Below are positions 10,201-19,822 of a stretch of DNA of 64,000 nucleotides, one piece after another; the first letter of the stretch is position 1, and every line of letters starts with the position of its first letter. The stretch is from contig CAUGMN010000001.1 in assembly GCA_959600635.1 (NCBI GenBank), positions 17,854 through 81,853 on the forward strand. The letters are read 5' to 3'. The stretch comes from an uncultured Eubacteriales bacterium. Its GTDB lineage: Bacteria; Bacillota; Clostridia; Oscillospirales; QAMX01. A model generated the notes under the pieces. The model worked only from the letters and a program-made list of their open reading frames with translations, did not search any database and was not told the DNA's origin. The translations under genes and the position numbers were made by a program.

Positions 10201-10583
10201 TCTGAATCACCCTCCCTTGCTGTCTGCAAACGGTTCAAAATCCCAAAAAAACAGCGATCAGGCCGGAACCCCCCCTTGGCTTATGCATCCGATTGGGCGC
10301 AACGGTAATACCAGAGGGCGGCAGCGCAGGGCGATCCCGTCGACAAACCAGCCGGCGGCGAACCGCCCGCCGGTCAGGATGCAGTCAAGGCCCGCGCCGG
10401 TCTTGCCCTCGTAGCATTTGTGGACGCACAAGATACGAAAAACAGGCGCAGAAAAAAGCCGCCCGGGAAACGCTCTGCCTTGCGGCGCCCGACGCGGGCG
10501 CTGGCCGTGAGCTGATTCTATTATATCATATTGGTTGCGGAACGCAAACAAAAAAATCAAAAATAACATATGATTTATAAAAA

Positions 10584-10630
10584 GAGCTGTGTGCGAAGCC
10601 GGAAATCCGACGCCGTACACAGCTTTTTTC
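10584..10630. terminator. Bidirectional terminator hairpin
   Basis: GAGCTGTGTGCG...CGTACACAGCT is flanked by an A-run upstream and a T-run downstream. It lies directly after the DUF368 gene stop (10644, minus strand). Confidence 0.65.
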
Positions 10631-10643
10631 TGAATCGATAGGG

Positions 10644-11516
10644 TTACTCCGCGTTCCGCGAATACAGCCAGACGCCGGCCGCGCCCACGGCGAGCGTCAG
10701 GATACAGGCCGGAATCTCCCAGCCGGCCGGCGTGTGCGGCAGCTCGCGCAGAATTTCGAGAATCGAGCCGAGCACAAAGCCGATGATGGCGAAGTAGGTC
10801 GGGCCGGGGAAGCGCTGCATCGCCTTTTCGAGAAGCTTCGTCGAGAGCAGAACGCCGGCGATCAGCCCCAAACCGAGCGGCAGCAGGAACAGAACGTCAA
10901 AGCCGCTGATCGCCCGCAGGAACGGGTTGTAAATTGCAAAGACGAGCATCATGTAGGAAAAGCTGATCCCGGGCAGAACGAGCGCCACGGCGAGCGGGAT
11001 GCCGAGGGCGAACAGCGTGAAAAAGCCGGCGACAGAATGGGCATCAAAGTGAAACAGCGACTTCGGCAGATAGGAAATGCCGAAGACAAGCGCGAAGCCG
11101 AGCAGCAGAAATAGCGCCGACGAGAGCTTAAAGCCTTCCCGCGATTTGCGGACCAGCAAAGGAAAGCTGCCCGAGGTCGCGCCGATAAAGAGAAACATCA
11201 TCGGCACCTCCCAAAGGGAGATGAGCTTGAGCATCAGGTTTGAAAACAATACAAAGCCGGCGACGCCGCCGAGCGCGATCACGATCAAAAAGAGAAAATT
11301 CTTTTTGATATCCTTGAAAAACGAGGCCACGGCGGCGACGAGCTGGTCGTAAATGCCGAGGATGATCGCCGTCGTGCCGCCGCTGACGCCGGGGATGAGC
11401 ATGGCCGCGCCGATGACGACGCCGTAGACGAAGTTTTTGACAGGCGCGAGGGATTTTTTCAGAGAGGTCTTGGCGGAATTTTCAGAGGTAGAGGCGTTTT
11501 TTTTCATACGTTTCAT
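10644..11516 (-). CDS. DUF368 family membrane protein (UptA-type candidate undecaprenyl-phosphate translocase family)
   Basis: Duplicated signature LIPGVSGGTTAIILGIYDQL and LPGISFSYMMLVFAIYNPFL with about 8 TM segments. The start is set at MKRMKKNAS (ATG at 11516). The track start at 11627 adds a non-membrane Arg/Ala extension. Confidence 0.8.
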   Translation of the reverse strand: MKRMKKNASTSENSAKTSLKKSLAPVKNFVYGVVIGAAMLIPGVSGGTTAIILGIYDQLVAAVASFFKDIKKNFLFLIVIALGGVAGFVLFSNLMLKLISLWEVPMMFLFIGATSGSFPLLVRKSREGFKLSSALFLLLGFALVFGISYLPKSLFHFDAHSVAGFFTLFALGIPLAVALVLPGISFSYMMLVFAIYNPFLRAISGFDVLFLLPLGLGLIAGVLLSTKLLEKAMQRFPGPTYFAIIGFVLGSILEILRELPHTPAGWEIPACILTLAVGAAGVWLYSRNAE

Positions 11517-12116
11517 CCGATCTCTGCCGCAGCCCGCAGGAGGGGTCTGCGGCGGCAAAATGTAGTCGCCCGACGCTTCGGGCGGAATCAACGCGGCTGA
11601 CAGGCGGCGCGCCGCCGCGGTTCGCACCCCGCGCGTTCCGCGAAATTCGGGACGCTAAGGCGTGCCGACGCGGAAAACTGTGCGAAAACGGTCATGAAAC
11701 GCCGTGTCCGCGCAATATATTGAAACAGGGCGGAAACCGGCCGGCCGCCGCGGCCGGCGGCGCCGATATGGCTTGATATGGTTTATTGATATGAAAAACC
11801 GCCGCAAAACATACCGCCGCAGGTAAGCCGCGGCCGGCTCTGCTGAAATGCGCGGCGAGCGCTATTGCGGCGGCGGTCTGCGCATACGCAGGGATACGAA
11901 CGTCCGCCCGCCGGTCTGCCGGTCTGCCGAAGGGAAACACGGGCAGACATAGAGACAGGCGCGTTCCCAAAGCGACGGTCTGCCGCCGACCGCTATTGCG
12001 GCGGCTCAAACGTCGGCGGCGAAACGCTTCCGCACCGCCCGCCCCTTGGCCGGGTTGCAGAGGGAAAATCCGCGCGCGCCTCTCCCCGCTATTCTTCCGA
12101 ACGGAGCCCAAAGACC

Positions 12117-13169
12117 ATGACTCTCACGTTTTCAGAGTTTCTCCGTATCCTCTCCGACAGCCCGGCGTTTGTGGTCACGGCGCTGCTGGCGGCGGGCGTT
12201 ATCCTCGTCAACGGCGGCACCGACGCGCCCAACGCCATCGCCGCCTGCGTCGCCGCTCGGGCAATCGCGCCGCGGCGCGCCGTGCTGCTGGCGGCGGTCT
12301 GCAATTTTCTCGGCGTCCTTGCGGTGACGGCCGTCAGTCCGGCGGTCGCCGAGACGGTTTCCGGCATGGCGGACTTCGGCGCCGACAGCCGCGGGGCGCT
12401 GATCGGACTGTGCGCGGGGATGTTTGCCGTCGTCCTGTGGGCGGCGGCGGCGTGGTATTTCGGCATTCCCACCAGCGAGAGCCACGCGCTGATCGCCGGA
12501 CTGAGCGGGGCGGCGATCGCGGTTCAGCGCGGTCTGGGCGGAATTTGCTGGGGCGAATGGGTCAAGGTTCTCTACGGTCTGGGGCTCTCCGCCGGCCTCG
12601 GCTTTGCCGCCGGCTGGGCGGCGGCCCGATTTCTGCGCTTGGCCTGCCGCCGCATGGACCGGCGCCGCGGTCAAGCGAGCTTTCGCCGCGCGCAGATTTT
12701 CGGCGGCGCGGCGATGGCGTTTGCGCACGGCGCGCAGGACGGGCAGAAATTCATGGGCGTATTCCTGCTCGGCGCGGCGATGGCGCGCGGACAGCCGATG
12801 GAAGGGGCGTTTCGCGTCCCGGTCTGGCTGATGGCGGGGATCTCGCTGCTGATGGCCGCGGGGACGTCGGTCGGCGGGTACAAGATCATCCGCACCGTCG
12901 GTATGCGCATGGTTCGGCTCGACGCGCATGAGGGTTTTGCCGCCGATACCGCCGCCGCCGGCGCGCTGATGGCCGCGTCGCTGGCCGGAATACCGGTGAG
13001 CACGACGCATATGAAAACCACCGCGCTCATGGGCGTTTCGGCGTCCCGGCGGCTGCGCGCCGTCAACTGGCGCGTCGCCGGGGAGATGGCGTGGGCTTGG
13101 GCGCTGACGTTTCCGGGCTGCGGCGCGGTCGGTTATCTGACGGCGCGGCTGTTTCTGTGGTGGCTGTAA
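12117..13169 (+). CDS. Inorganic phosphate transporter, PiT (PHO4) family
   Basis: MTLTFSEFLRIL...LVNGGTDAPNAIAACVAARAI and C-terminal GIPVSTTHMKTTALMGV are the duplicated PiT signature GxNDxxNxI / PxSTTH. ATG at 12117. The track start at 11865 is a GC-artefact extension. Confidence 0.85.
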   Translation: MTLTFSEFLRILSDSPAFVVTALLAAGVILVNGGTDAPNAIAACVAARAIAPRRAVLLAAVCNFLGVLAVTAVSPAVAETVSGMADFGADSRGALIGLCAGMFAVVLWAAAAWYFGIPTSESHALIAGLSGAAIAVQRGLGGICWGEWVKVLYGLGLSAGLGFAAGWAAARFLRLACRRMDRRRGQASFRRAQIFGGAAMAFAHGAQDGQKFMGVFLLGAAMARGQPMEGAFRVPVWLMAGISLLMAAGTSVGGYKIIRTVGMRMVRLDAHEGFAADTAAAGALMAASLAGIPVSTTHMKTTALMGVSASRRLRAVNWRVAGEMAWAWALTFPGCGAVGYLTARLFLWWL

Positions 13170-13173
13170 TAGT

Positions 13174-13338
13174 CGATTGTAAAACTGCGTTTTCCAATCG
13201 AGAGACTCGCGCTGATCGCACTCGCTATGCTCGTTTGGCCGGCGCGAGGGCTCGCTTTGCTCGCCAAAGTCGAGTTTTTGAGGCGGCAAAGCCACCTCAA
13301 AAACGAATTGGAATGGGAAAGCAGGCGTTTTACAATTG
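13174..13338. repeat. About 165-bp imperfect inverted-repeat / hairpin-rich intergenic element
   Basis: Left arm CGATTGTAAAACTGCGTTTTCCAATCG (itself a hairpin). Right arm AATTGGAATGGGAAAGCAGGCGTTTTACAATTG (the ATTGTAAAAC termini are inverted). Internal hairpin TTTTTGAGGCGG-CAAAG-CCACCTCAAAAA (13272-13305). Confidence 0.5.
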
Positions 13339-13372
13339 CATAGGCGGCTGTAAAAAAAGGGAGGAAAAAACT

Positions 13373-13975
13373 GTGGCGAGGCTCCACGACGATTATATCC
13401 AGCTGCGGCGCGGCGCGGCGCTGGCCGTCGAAGCGGCTGCGGCGCTGAACGCGGGTCTGCGGCGGGAAGGGACGGAAACAACGCGGGACATCCGCCGAAT
13501 CCGCGCCGACGCCGAGCGGCACAGGGACGGGCTGCTCCAACGGCTGGAACGGGAATTTGTCCCGCCCATGGAGCGGCGGGATCTCGCGGCGCTGGCGGAA
13601 CGCCTCTGCGCCGCCGCCGCCGCTGCGGAGGAGGCGAATCTGGCTGCGGCGCGGCTGCCGAGCCGGGACGCGGCCGCCGTAAAAATCGCGGAGTGGATCG
13701 CCTCGGCCGCCGCCGCGGTCGCGGAGCTGACCGAAAGATTGCCGGATTACCGGAAGCGGGAGTTCTTTCAGCCGCAGGCGAACGCCGCGCGGCTGTGCGC
13801 GGCCGAGGCCGCCCGCGCCTGCGACGAGGCGGTCGGCCTGCTGGCGCAGACGGCCGCGGCGTCAGCGGGGGCGCTGATCGCGCGGTATGAGGCCTATACG
13901 CGCCTGCGCGCCTGCGCCGGCAGCCTCGCGGCGGCGGCGGAAGCCGCCGTACACGCGGCCCTGAATAACATTTAG
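13373..13975 (+). CDS. DUF47 (PhoU-like, Pit-accessory) family protein
   Basis: EREFVPPMERRDLAALAERL matches the DUF47 core (F-x-P-x-D-R-E-D-I-x-x-L). GTG start at 13373, 6 nt after GGGAGGAAAAAA. Adjacent to the PiT gene, as is usual for this family. Confidence 0.65.
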   Translation: MARLHDDYIQLRRGAALAVEAAAALNAGLRREGTETTRDIRRIRADAERHRDGLLQRLEREFVPPMERRDLAALAERLCAAAAAAEEANLAAARLPSRDAAAVKIAEWIASAAAAVAELTERLPDYRKREFFQPQANAARLCAAEAARACDEAVGLLAQTAAASAGALIARYEAYTRLRACAGSLAAAAEAAVHAALNNI

Positions 13976-14165
13976 CCTGCCGGAACCGGATGCTCGAAAC
14001 GGTGCGGGAGTTGAACCCCCGGTGCAACCGGTTGGGCGCGGCTCCGCCCGTCTTTTCACCCCGGATGTGCCTTTTGCGCGATGCTGCCGGGGCTTCCCCG
14101 GCGAAGAGATGGCTGAAACCGGATTCGCGTAAACGGCGCTTCCGTCGCACGCGGCTTCTCCCGCT

Positions 14166-16388
14166 TTATTCCAGCTCAGTCTGGACGATGCCGTTGTCCT
14201 CCGGCTTTAAAATCGCGCCGGCGGCGGGAAGCGTGCGGGCGCGGTAACGGGCGCAGTTCTGGATCGCCGTCTGTCCGGCCGTCGCGAGGCGGACGACGGA
14301 CTGCTTGGGTTTCAGCGCCATCACCCTGACGCCGGCCGAGTCGCGCGTCGGCTTGGGGGTGAGCTGCGCGGTCGAGAAGATCAGCGCCCGGTCGGCGCTC
14401 GAATAGAGGACAAGCTCGGCGTCCTCGCTCAGGCGCAGCAGACCGACGAGCGGCGACTTGTCGGAATAGGCGTTGATCAGCCGCTTGCGGTTGGTCTTGG
14501 TCGCATAGCTTTCAAAGAGCACGCGCGCGCACTTCCCGTCGGCGTAGGCAAACAGCAGGCTGCCGCCGTAGTCGCCCTTGGAGGCGACGGCCATGCCGCA
14601 GACCTCCTCGCCGGAATCCATGCCGAGGTGCTGCGGCAGGTAAAGGCCCAGCGCGCCGGCTTTGTTTTCGGGCATCTCGTCGCACTTGACCTTATAGACC
14701 TGCTGGCGGCTGGTGAAGAACAGCAGCTCGTCGGCGTTCGAGCCCTCCTGCGTAAAGACGAGCTCGTCGCCTTCTTTGAGCTTGTTCTCGCCGCTCATGC
14801 GCAGCGACTGGGGCGTGATTTTCTTGAAATAGCCGTCGCGCGAGAGAAAATAGTGGACGGGATAATCCTCCACGGCCTCTTCGGCGTCGTCAAATGCGTC
14901 GCTCTCGTGCTCGTAGACGATTTTTGTCCGGCGCGGCATACCGTATTTTTTGGCGGCCTCCCTGAGCTCGGAGACGATGATGGCGCGCTGCTTTTTCTTG
15001 CTGGCGAGCGTCTCCTCGGCGTCGGCGATGTCGCGTTCGAGCGCCTCGATTTCCGCCGTGCGCGAGAGGATATAGGCCTTGTTGATGTTTCGGAGCTTGA
15101 TTTCGGCGATGAATTCCGCCTGGGCTTCGTCGATGCCGAAGCCGATCATCAGGTTGGGAACGACGAGCGCGTCCTCCTCGGTATTGCGGATGATGGCGAT
15201 GGCTTTGTCGATATCGAGCAGAATCTTGGAAAGCCCGCGCAGCAGGTGGAGGCGTTCCTTCTTCTTCTGCATCTGATGGTATACGGTACGGCGGATGCAC
15301 TCGGTTCGCCACGCCGTCCACTCCTCCAAAATTTCGCGCACGCCCAAAACGCGCGGCGTCCCCGCGATGAGGATGTTGAAATTGCAGGAAAAGCTGTCGC
15401 AGAGCGGCGTCATTTTCATCAGCCGCGCCATCAGCTTTTCCGGGTCGACGCCGCGTTTCAAATCGATGGTCAGCTTTAAGCCCTGCTTATCGGTTTCGTC
15501 GCGCATGTCGGAGATTTCGCGGATCTTGCCGTTTTTGATCAGCTCCGCCACCTTTTCAATGACGGCTTCGATCGTCGTGGTGTAGGGGATCTCGGTGATC
15601 TCAACGCAGTTCTGCTTGGGGTCATGCTTCCAGACCGCGCGGACGCGGACGCTGCCGCGTCCGGTTTTGTAGATCTCGTCGAGCGCGGCGCGGTCGTAGA
15701 GCAGCTCGCCGCCGGACGGAAAATCGGGCGCTTTGAGCGTTTCCAGCAGGTCGGCGTCGGGATCCCTGATGAGCGCGGCGGCCGTCTCGCAGACCTCGGC
15801 GAGGTTGAAGCTGCAAATGTTGCTGGCCATGCCCGCGGCGATGCCTAAATTGGCGCTGACGAGGATGTTGGGAAACGTCGTCGGCAGCAAGGCCGGCTCC
15901 TTCATGGTGTTGTCGTAATTGTCGATAAAGTCGACGGCGTCGGCGTCGATGTTTCGGAAGAGCTCGGCGCAGATCGGCTCTAACTTGACCTCGGTGTAGC
16001 GCGAGGCGGCGTAGGCCATGTCGCGCGAATACGCCTTGCCGAAGTTGCCCTTGGAGTCGACAAAGGGGTGCAGAAGCGCCTCGCAGCCGCGGCTGAGGCG
16101 CACCAGCGTCTCATAAATCGGGCCGTCGCCGTGGGGATTGAGCTTCATCGTCGCGCCGACGACGTTGGCCGACTTGGTGCGCGCGCCTGTCAGCAGCCCC
16201 ATTTTATACATCGTGTAGAGGAGCTTTCGGTGCGAGGGCTTGAAGCCGTCGATCTCCGGCAAGGCGCGGGAGACGATAATGCTCATCGCATAGGGCATAA
16301 AATTGGTTTCCAGCGTCCGCGTGATCGGCATCGGCGTCGCCGGCTTAGGCGGCAGGGTGCTCTGCCGCGTCTCTTTTTTCTTGGCCAT
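14166..16388 (-). CDS. parC: Type IIA topoisomerase subunit A (topo IV ParC-like)
   Basis: NFMPYAMSIIVSRALPEIDGFKPSHRKLLYTMYKMGLL is the GyrA/ParC N-terminal signature, and the catalytic AASRYTE is present. A 740-aa length with a short beta-pinwheel favours ParC-like over GyrA. Confidence 0.85.
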   Translation of the reverse strand: MAKKKETRQSTLPPKPATPMPITRTLETNFMPYAMSIIVSRALPEIDGFKPSHRKLLYTMYKMGLLTGARTKSANVVGATMKLNPHGDGPIYETLVRLSRGCEALLHPFVDSKGNFGKAYSRDMAYAASRYTEVKLEPICAELFRNIDADAVDFIDNYDNTMKEPALLPTTFPNILVSANLGIAAGMASNICSFNLAEVCETAAALIRDPDADLLETLKAPDFPSGGELLYDRAALDEIYKTGRGSVRVRAVWKHDPKQNCVEITEIPYTTTIEAVIEKVAELIKNGKIREISDMRDETDKQGLKLTIDLKRGVDPEKLMARLMKMTPLCDSFSCNFNILIAGTPRVLGVREILEEWTAWRTECIRRTVYHQMQKKKERLHLLRGLSKILLDIDKAIAIIRNTEEDALVVPNLMIGFGIDEAQAEFIAEIKLRNINKAYILSRTAEIEALERDIADAEETLASKKKQRAIIVSELREAAKKYGMPRRTKIVYEHESDAFDDAEEAVEDYPVHYFLSRDGYFKKITPQSLRMSGENKLKEGDELVFTQEGSNADELLFFTSRQQVYKVKCDEMPENKAGALGLYLPQHLGMDSGEEVCGMAVASKGDYGGSLLFAYADGKCARVLFESYATKTNRKRLINAYSDKSPLVGLLRLSEDAELVLYSSADRALIFSTAQLTPKPTRDSAGVRVMALKPKQSVVRLATAGQTAIQNCARYRARTLPAAGAILKPEDNGIVQTELE

Positions 16389-16459
16389 ATCGGACCTTCC
16401 TTGTCAATCGGGATATCGTTGCGCAAGCGAAATCGCGGGGACTTTGCCCGGAAAAGCCG

Positions 16460-18469
16460 CTACGAGATGTCGGCGAGGTCTAAATACGCCGCGCCGTTGA
16501 GGGCGATAAAATCCTTGCGCCCCTGCAAGTTGTTGCCGAGCAGGAGATCGAACATCTCGGAAGTGCGCTCGCTCTCCTCGGGCGTGACCAAAATCAGCCG
16601 CCGCGTCGCGGGCGACATCGTCGTCTCCCACATCATCTCCGGCTCGTTCTCTCCGAGCCCTTTCGAGCGCTGGATGGTATATTTTTTGTCGCCGATTTTT
16701 TCGAGGATTGCGGCCTTTTCATGGTCGTCATAGGCGAAATAGGTGTCGTTTTTGCAGGTGATCTCGTAGAGCGGCGTCTCGGCGATGTAGACAAAGCCCT
16801 CGGTGATCAGCGTCGGGACGAGGCGGTAGAGCATGGTCAGGATCAGCGTGCGGATATGAAAGCCGTCCTCGTCGGCGTCGGTGCAGATGATGACCTTGCT
16901 CCAACGCAGCGAGGCGAGGTCAAAGGCCCCCAGCTCCTTGGAACGCGAGGTCAGCTCGACGCCGCAGCCGAGCACTTTGAGAAGATTGGTGATGATTTCG
17001 CTCTTAAAGATTTTCGACGGCTCGGATTTGAGGCAGTTGAGGATTTTGCCGCGCACGGGCATGATGGCCTGAAACTCCGCGTCGCGCCCTAATTTGCAGG
17101 AGCCGAGCGCCGAATCGCCCTCGACGATATAGAGCTCGCGCTGCGAGGTGTCGCGGCTGCGGCAGTCGACGAACTTTTCGACGCGGCTGGTGATGTCCAT
17201 GTTGCCGGAGAGCTTTTTGCGCGTATTCTGCCGCGCCGCCTCGGCCGATTCGCGGATCTGCTTGTTCCGCAGCACCTGATCGGCGATCTTGTCGGCGTCG
17301 GCTTTGTTTTCGATGAAGTAGACTTCCAGCGACGTGCGCAGAAAATCGGTCATCGCGTCCTGAATAAACTTGTTGGTGATCGCCTTTTTGGTCTGGTTTT
17401 CATACGACGTGACCGTTGAAAACGAGCTGGTGACGAGAACCAGGCTGTCGGCGACGTCGTTAAAATTGATCTTCGTCGCGCCCTTGGGATATTTGCCGTT
17501 CTGTTTGAGATAGGCGTCGATCGCGGAGACAAAAGCGCTTTTGACGGCCTTTTCCGGCGCGCCGCCGTGTTCGAGCCACGAGGAGTTGTGGAAATAAGTG
17601 ATCGAGGGCGCCGCGCGCGTCATGCAGAAAGCGGCGGAGAGCCGCACCTTGTATTCGGGCTTGTCCGCGCGGTCGCGCCCGCGCCGCTCCGACTGACAGA
17701 AATGCACCGGCGTCAGAGCGTCGAGCGAGGCGAGCTCCTCGACATAGCCGGAGATGCCGTTTTCATAGAGAAATTCACTGGTCTCAAATTTGCCGTTTTC
17801 CAGCTCGTTTCTGAGCACGAATTTGACGCCGGCGTTGACGACCGCCTGCTTTTTCAGCGTGTCGACGTAATAGTCAAGCGGGATGGCGATGTCGGTAAAG
17901 ACCTCTAAATCGGGCCGCCAGCGGTGAATCGTGCCGTTTTTTTTGCGTCCGGCAGGCTCTTTGATGAGCTTGCCCTCGGCTTTGGTGACGTTGACGCCCT
18001 TTTTAAAGTGCAGCGTGTACTGAAACCCGTCGTAACAGCTGACGACGTCCATATATTCCGAGGAATACTGCGTCGCGCAGGAGCCGAGGCCGTTGAGGCC
18101 GAGCGAATACTCATAGCTGGCGCTCTCGCTGTTGTGGTATTTGCCGCCGGCGTAAAGCTCGCAGTAGACGAGATCCCAGTTGTAGCGCTTTTCAATGGGG
18201 TTCCAGTCGACCGGACAGCCGCGGCCGCCGTCCTCGACCTCGATGGAGTGGTCGGCGAAGCGCGTGACGGTGATGACGCTGCCGAAGCCCTGCCGCGCCT
18301 CGTCGATGGAGTTGGAGAGGATCTCAAAAAAGGAGTGCTCGCACCCCTCGATCCCGTCCGACCCGAAGATGACGGCGGGGCGCTTGCGCACCCGGTCGGG
18401 CCCCTTCAACTGTTTGATGCTTTCGTTGCCATAGCCTGCGGAGGATTTGACCGCCATTTGCTTGTTCAC
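16460..18469 (-). CDS. parE: Type IIA topoisomerase subunit B (topo IV ParE-like)
   Basis: GHKL ATPase N-terminus (LKGPDRVRKRPAVIFG...FFEILSNSIDEA), Toprim ELYIVEGDSA and PVRGKILN, then DADEDGFHIRTLILT. Directly upstream of parC on the same strand. Confidence 0.85.
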   Translation of the reverse strand: MNKQMAVKSSAGYGNESIKQLKGPDRVRKRPAVIFGSDGIEGCEHSFFEILSNSIDEARQGFGSVITVTRFADHSIEVEDGGRGCPVDWNPIEKRYNWDLVYCELYAGGKYHNSESASYEYSLGLNGLGSCATQYSSEYMDVVSCYDGFQYTLHFKKGVNVTKAEGKLIKEPAGRKKNGTIHRWRPDLEVFTDIAIPLDYYVDTLKKQAVVNAGVKFVLRNELENGKFETSEFLYENGISGYVEELASLDALTPVHFCQSERRGRDRADKPEYKVRLSAAFCMTRAAPSITYFHNSSWLEHGGAPEKAVKSAFVSAIDAYLKQNGKYPKGATKINFNDVADSLVLVTSSFSTVTSYENQTKKAITNKFIQDAMTDFLRTSLEVYFIENKADADKIADQVLRNKQIRESAEAARQNTRKKLSGNMDITSRVEKFVDCRSRDTSQRELYIVEGDSALGSCKLGRDAEFQAIMPVRGKILNCLKSEPSKIFKSEIITNLLKVLGCGVELTSRSKELGAFDLASLRWSKVIICTDADEDGFHIRTLILTMLYRLVPTLITEGFVYIAETPLYEITCKNDTYFAYDDHEKAAILEKIGDKKYTIQRSKGLGENEPEMMWETTMSPATRRLILVTPEESERTSEMFDLLLGNNLQGRKDFIALNGAAYLDLADIS

Positions 18470-18961
18470 CCTTCAAAAATCAAATCGCGCGCCGCGGAGA
18501 ACAAAATTCTGAGCGGCGCAGTTCGGCCGCCGCGGCTATTTGGGCGCGCGGCGCTGAACCGCGGAAAGCCGCGGCCGCGCAAACGGCGGAAGCGGCGGCG
18601 AAATTCAGAAAAAAACCGATATTCCAGAATATAGTATACTATATTTTCCAATCCGTGTCAACCGGCCGCATTTTTGGCGCCGCTCCGGATCCCGCGCCCG
18701 CTGCCGGATGCCCGGCCTTTTTCATCCGGAACGGCTGAAAAACGTTTTTTTTGCTTTGACGCTTTTTTATCAAAAGGTGGACAAAACATTTGTACAGACT
18801 TAAAAGGATGCGAAAAACGATTGCTTTTTTGAAGCTAATATGGTAAAATGATGACGGAGAAAAGCAAAGGCGGACGGCCCGGCGTCGTTTCAAACAAAGC
18901 GGCGCTGAAAGGGCCGAAACGCGCCGCTTGCAGTCTCTAAAAAAAGAAGGGGGTATCCCAT

Positions 18962-19759
18962 ATGAAGCTCGGAATCATCGGCGGCGAGAGCGAAAAGGAT
19001 TTCCAATATGTTCAGTCGCTGGGCCTCGGCTATATTGAATTTTGCATCAACGTCGGCCAAAACGCCTTTGAACACGCGGCGCGCGCGGAAGAGATCGCCG
19101 GATACAGCAAAAAATACGGCGTCGCGGTTTCCTCGATCGGCCGCTGGGGCACGGAACGGCTGCTGCCGGACGGGACGGTCAACGACGAGGAATACCGCTC
19201 CGACCTCGCGCTGATCGATATGGCCGCGGCGGTGGGCTGTCCGGTCTTCGTCTGCGGCTGCAACGGAGTGAAAGAGATGAGCTTTATCGACAACGCTCTC
19301 CTCGCCGCGGACTATTTTCAAAAGCTCGTCGATTACGGCGCGGCGCGCGGCGTGAAAATCGCGGTGTATAACTGCGACTGGGGCAACGTGATTTTTGACC
19401 GGCGCGGCTGGGATATCGTGCTGCCGAAGGTCGAAGGGCTTGGGATCAAATACGACACCTCGCACTGTATCAACCGCGGCGGCGACACCTTGCAGGAAAT
19501 GCTCGACTATGGAAAGCGTTTCTACCACTTCCACATCAAGGGCACGGTTCGGATCAACGGCCGGCATGTGGACGATCCTCCGGCGGGCATGGATATGACG
19601 CCGTGGGGCGCGGTGATGGATCTGCTGTATCTGCATGACTATAAGGCGGTGATGAGCATCGAGCCCCATTCTTCCGTATGGAGGCGCGGCAACCGCGAGG
19701 ACTGGGGCGTGCGCTTTACCATCCAATATATCTCCAAGTTTATTCTCGACGAGGAGTAA
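18962..19759 (+). CDS. Sugar phosphate isomerase/epimerase (xylose-isomerase-like TIM barrel)
   Basis: 265 aa reading MKLGIIGGESEKDFQYVQSLGLGYIEFCI...FHIKG...SIEPH, the AP_endonuc_2 / TIM-barrel pattern. AAGGGGG RBS. Confidence 0.75.
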   Translation: MKLGIIGGESEKDFQYVQSLGLGYIEFCINVGQNAFEHAARAEEIAGYSKKYGVAVSSIGRWGTERLLPDGTVNDEEYRSDLALIDMAAAVGCPVFVCGCNGVKEMSFIDNALLAADYFQKLVDYGAARGVKIAVYNCDWGNVIFDRRGWDIVLPKVEGLGIKYDTSHCINRGGDTLQEMLDYGKRFYHFHIKGTVRINGRHVDDPPAGMDMTPWGAVMDLLYLHDYKAVMSIEPHSSVWRRGNREDWGVRFTIQYISKFILDEE

Positions 19760-19776
19760 AAGGAAGAACCGTTTCG

Positions 19777-19822
19777 AAATGGAAGGGCGACCGTGGAAAC
19801 TTCGGCCGCCCTTCCATTTTTC
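19777..19822 (+). terminator. Rho-independent terminator
   Basis: AAATGGAAGGGCG...CGCCCTTCCATTT stem followed by TTTC. Confidence 0.7.

Noticed and set aside
10258-10620. A 120-aa minus-strand ORF containing …CVHKCYEGKTGAGLDCILTGGRFAAGWFVDGIALRC…, which looks protein-like.
   Set aside because: Its N-terminal half runs through an AT-rich promoter and terminator region. It has no RBS, and I recognise no family. It may be a fragment of a decayed gene, but I cannot support calling it.
11865-12116. N-terminal extensions of many track ORFs. Examples: pit from 11865, feoB from 42794, cas8c from 48658, DUF47 from 13091, the ABC ATPase to 6640, DUF368 to 11627, the phosphoesterase to 47408, pyrC from 58639, carA from 59871, recA to 30032.
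   Set aside because: The extensions are Arg/Pro/Gly-rich, lack an RBS, and run through promoters or the preceding gene. Internal starts with Shine-Dalgarno sequences reproduce the family-typical N-termini.
18822-18961. A possible riboswitch in the leader of the sugar-isomerase gene (promoter TTGCTT-17-TAAAAT, then the hairpin AGCGGCGC…GCGCCGCT).
   Set aside because: There is a single hairpin with no terminator or SD-sequestering alternative, and no match to any aptamer consensus I know. I treat it as ordinary 5' UTR structure.
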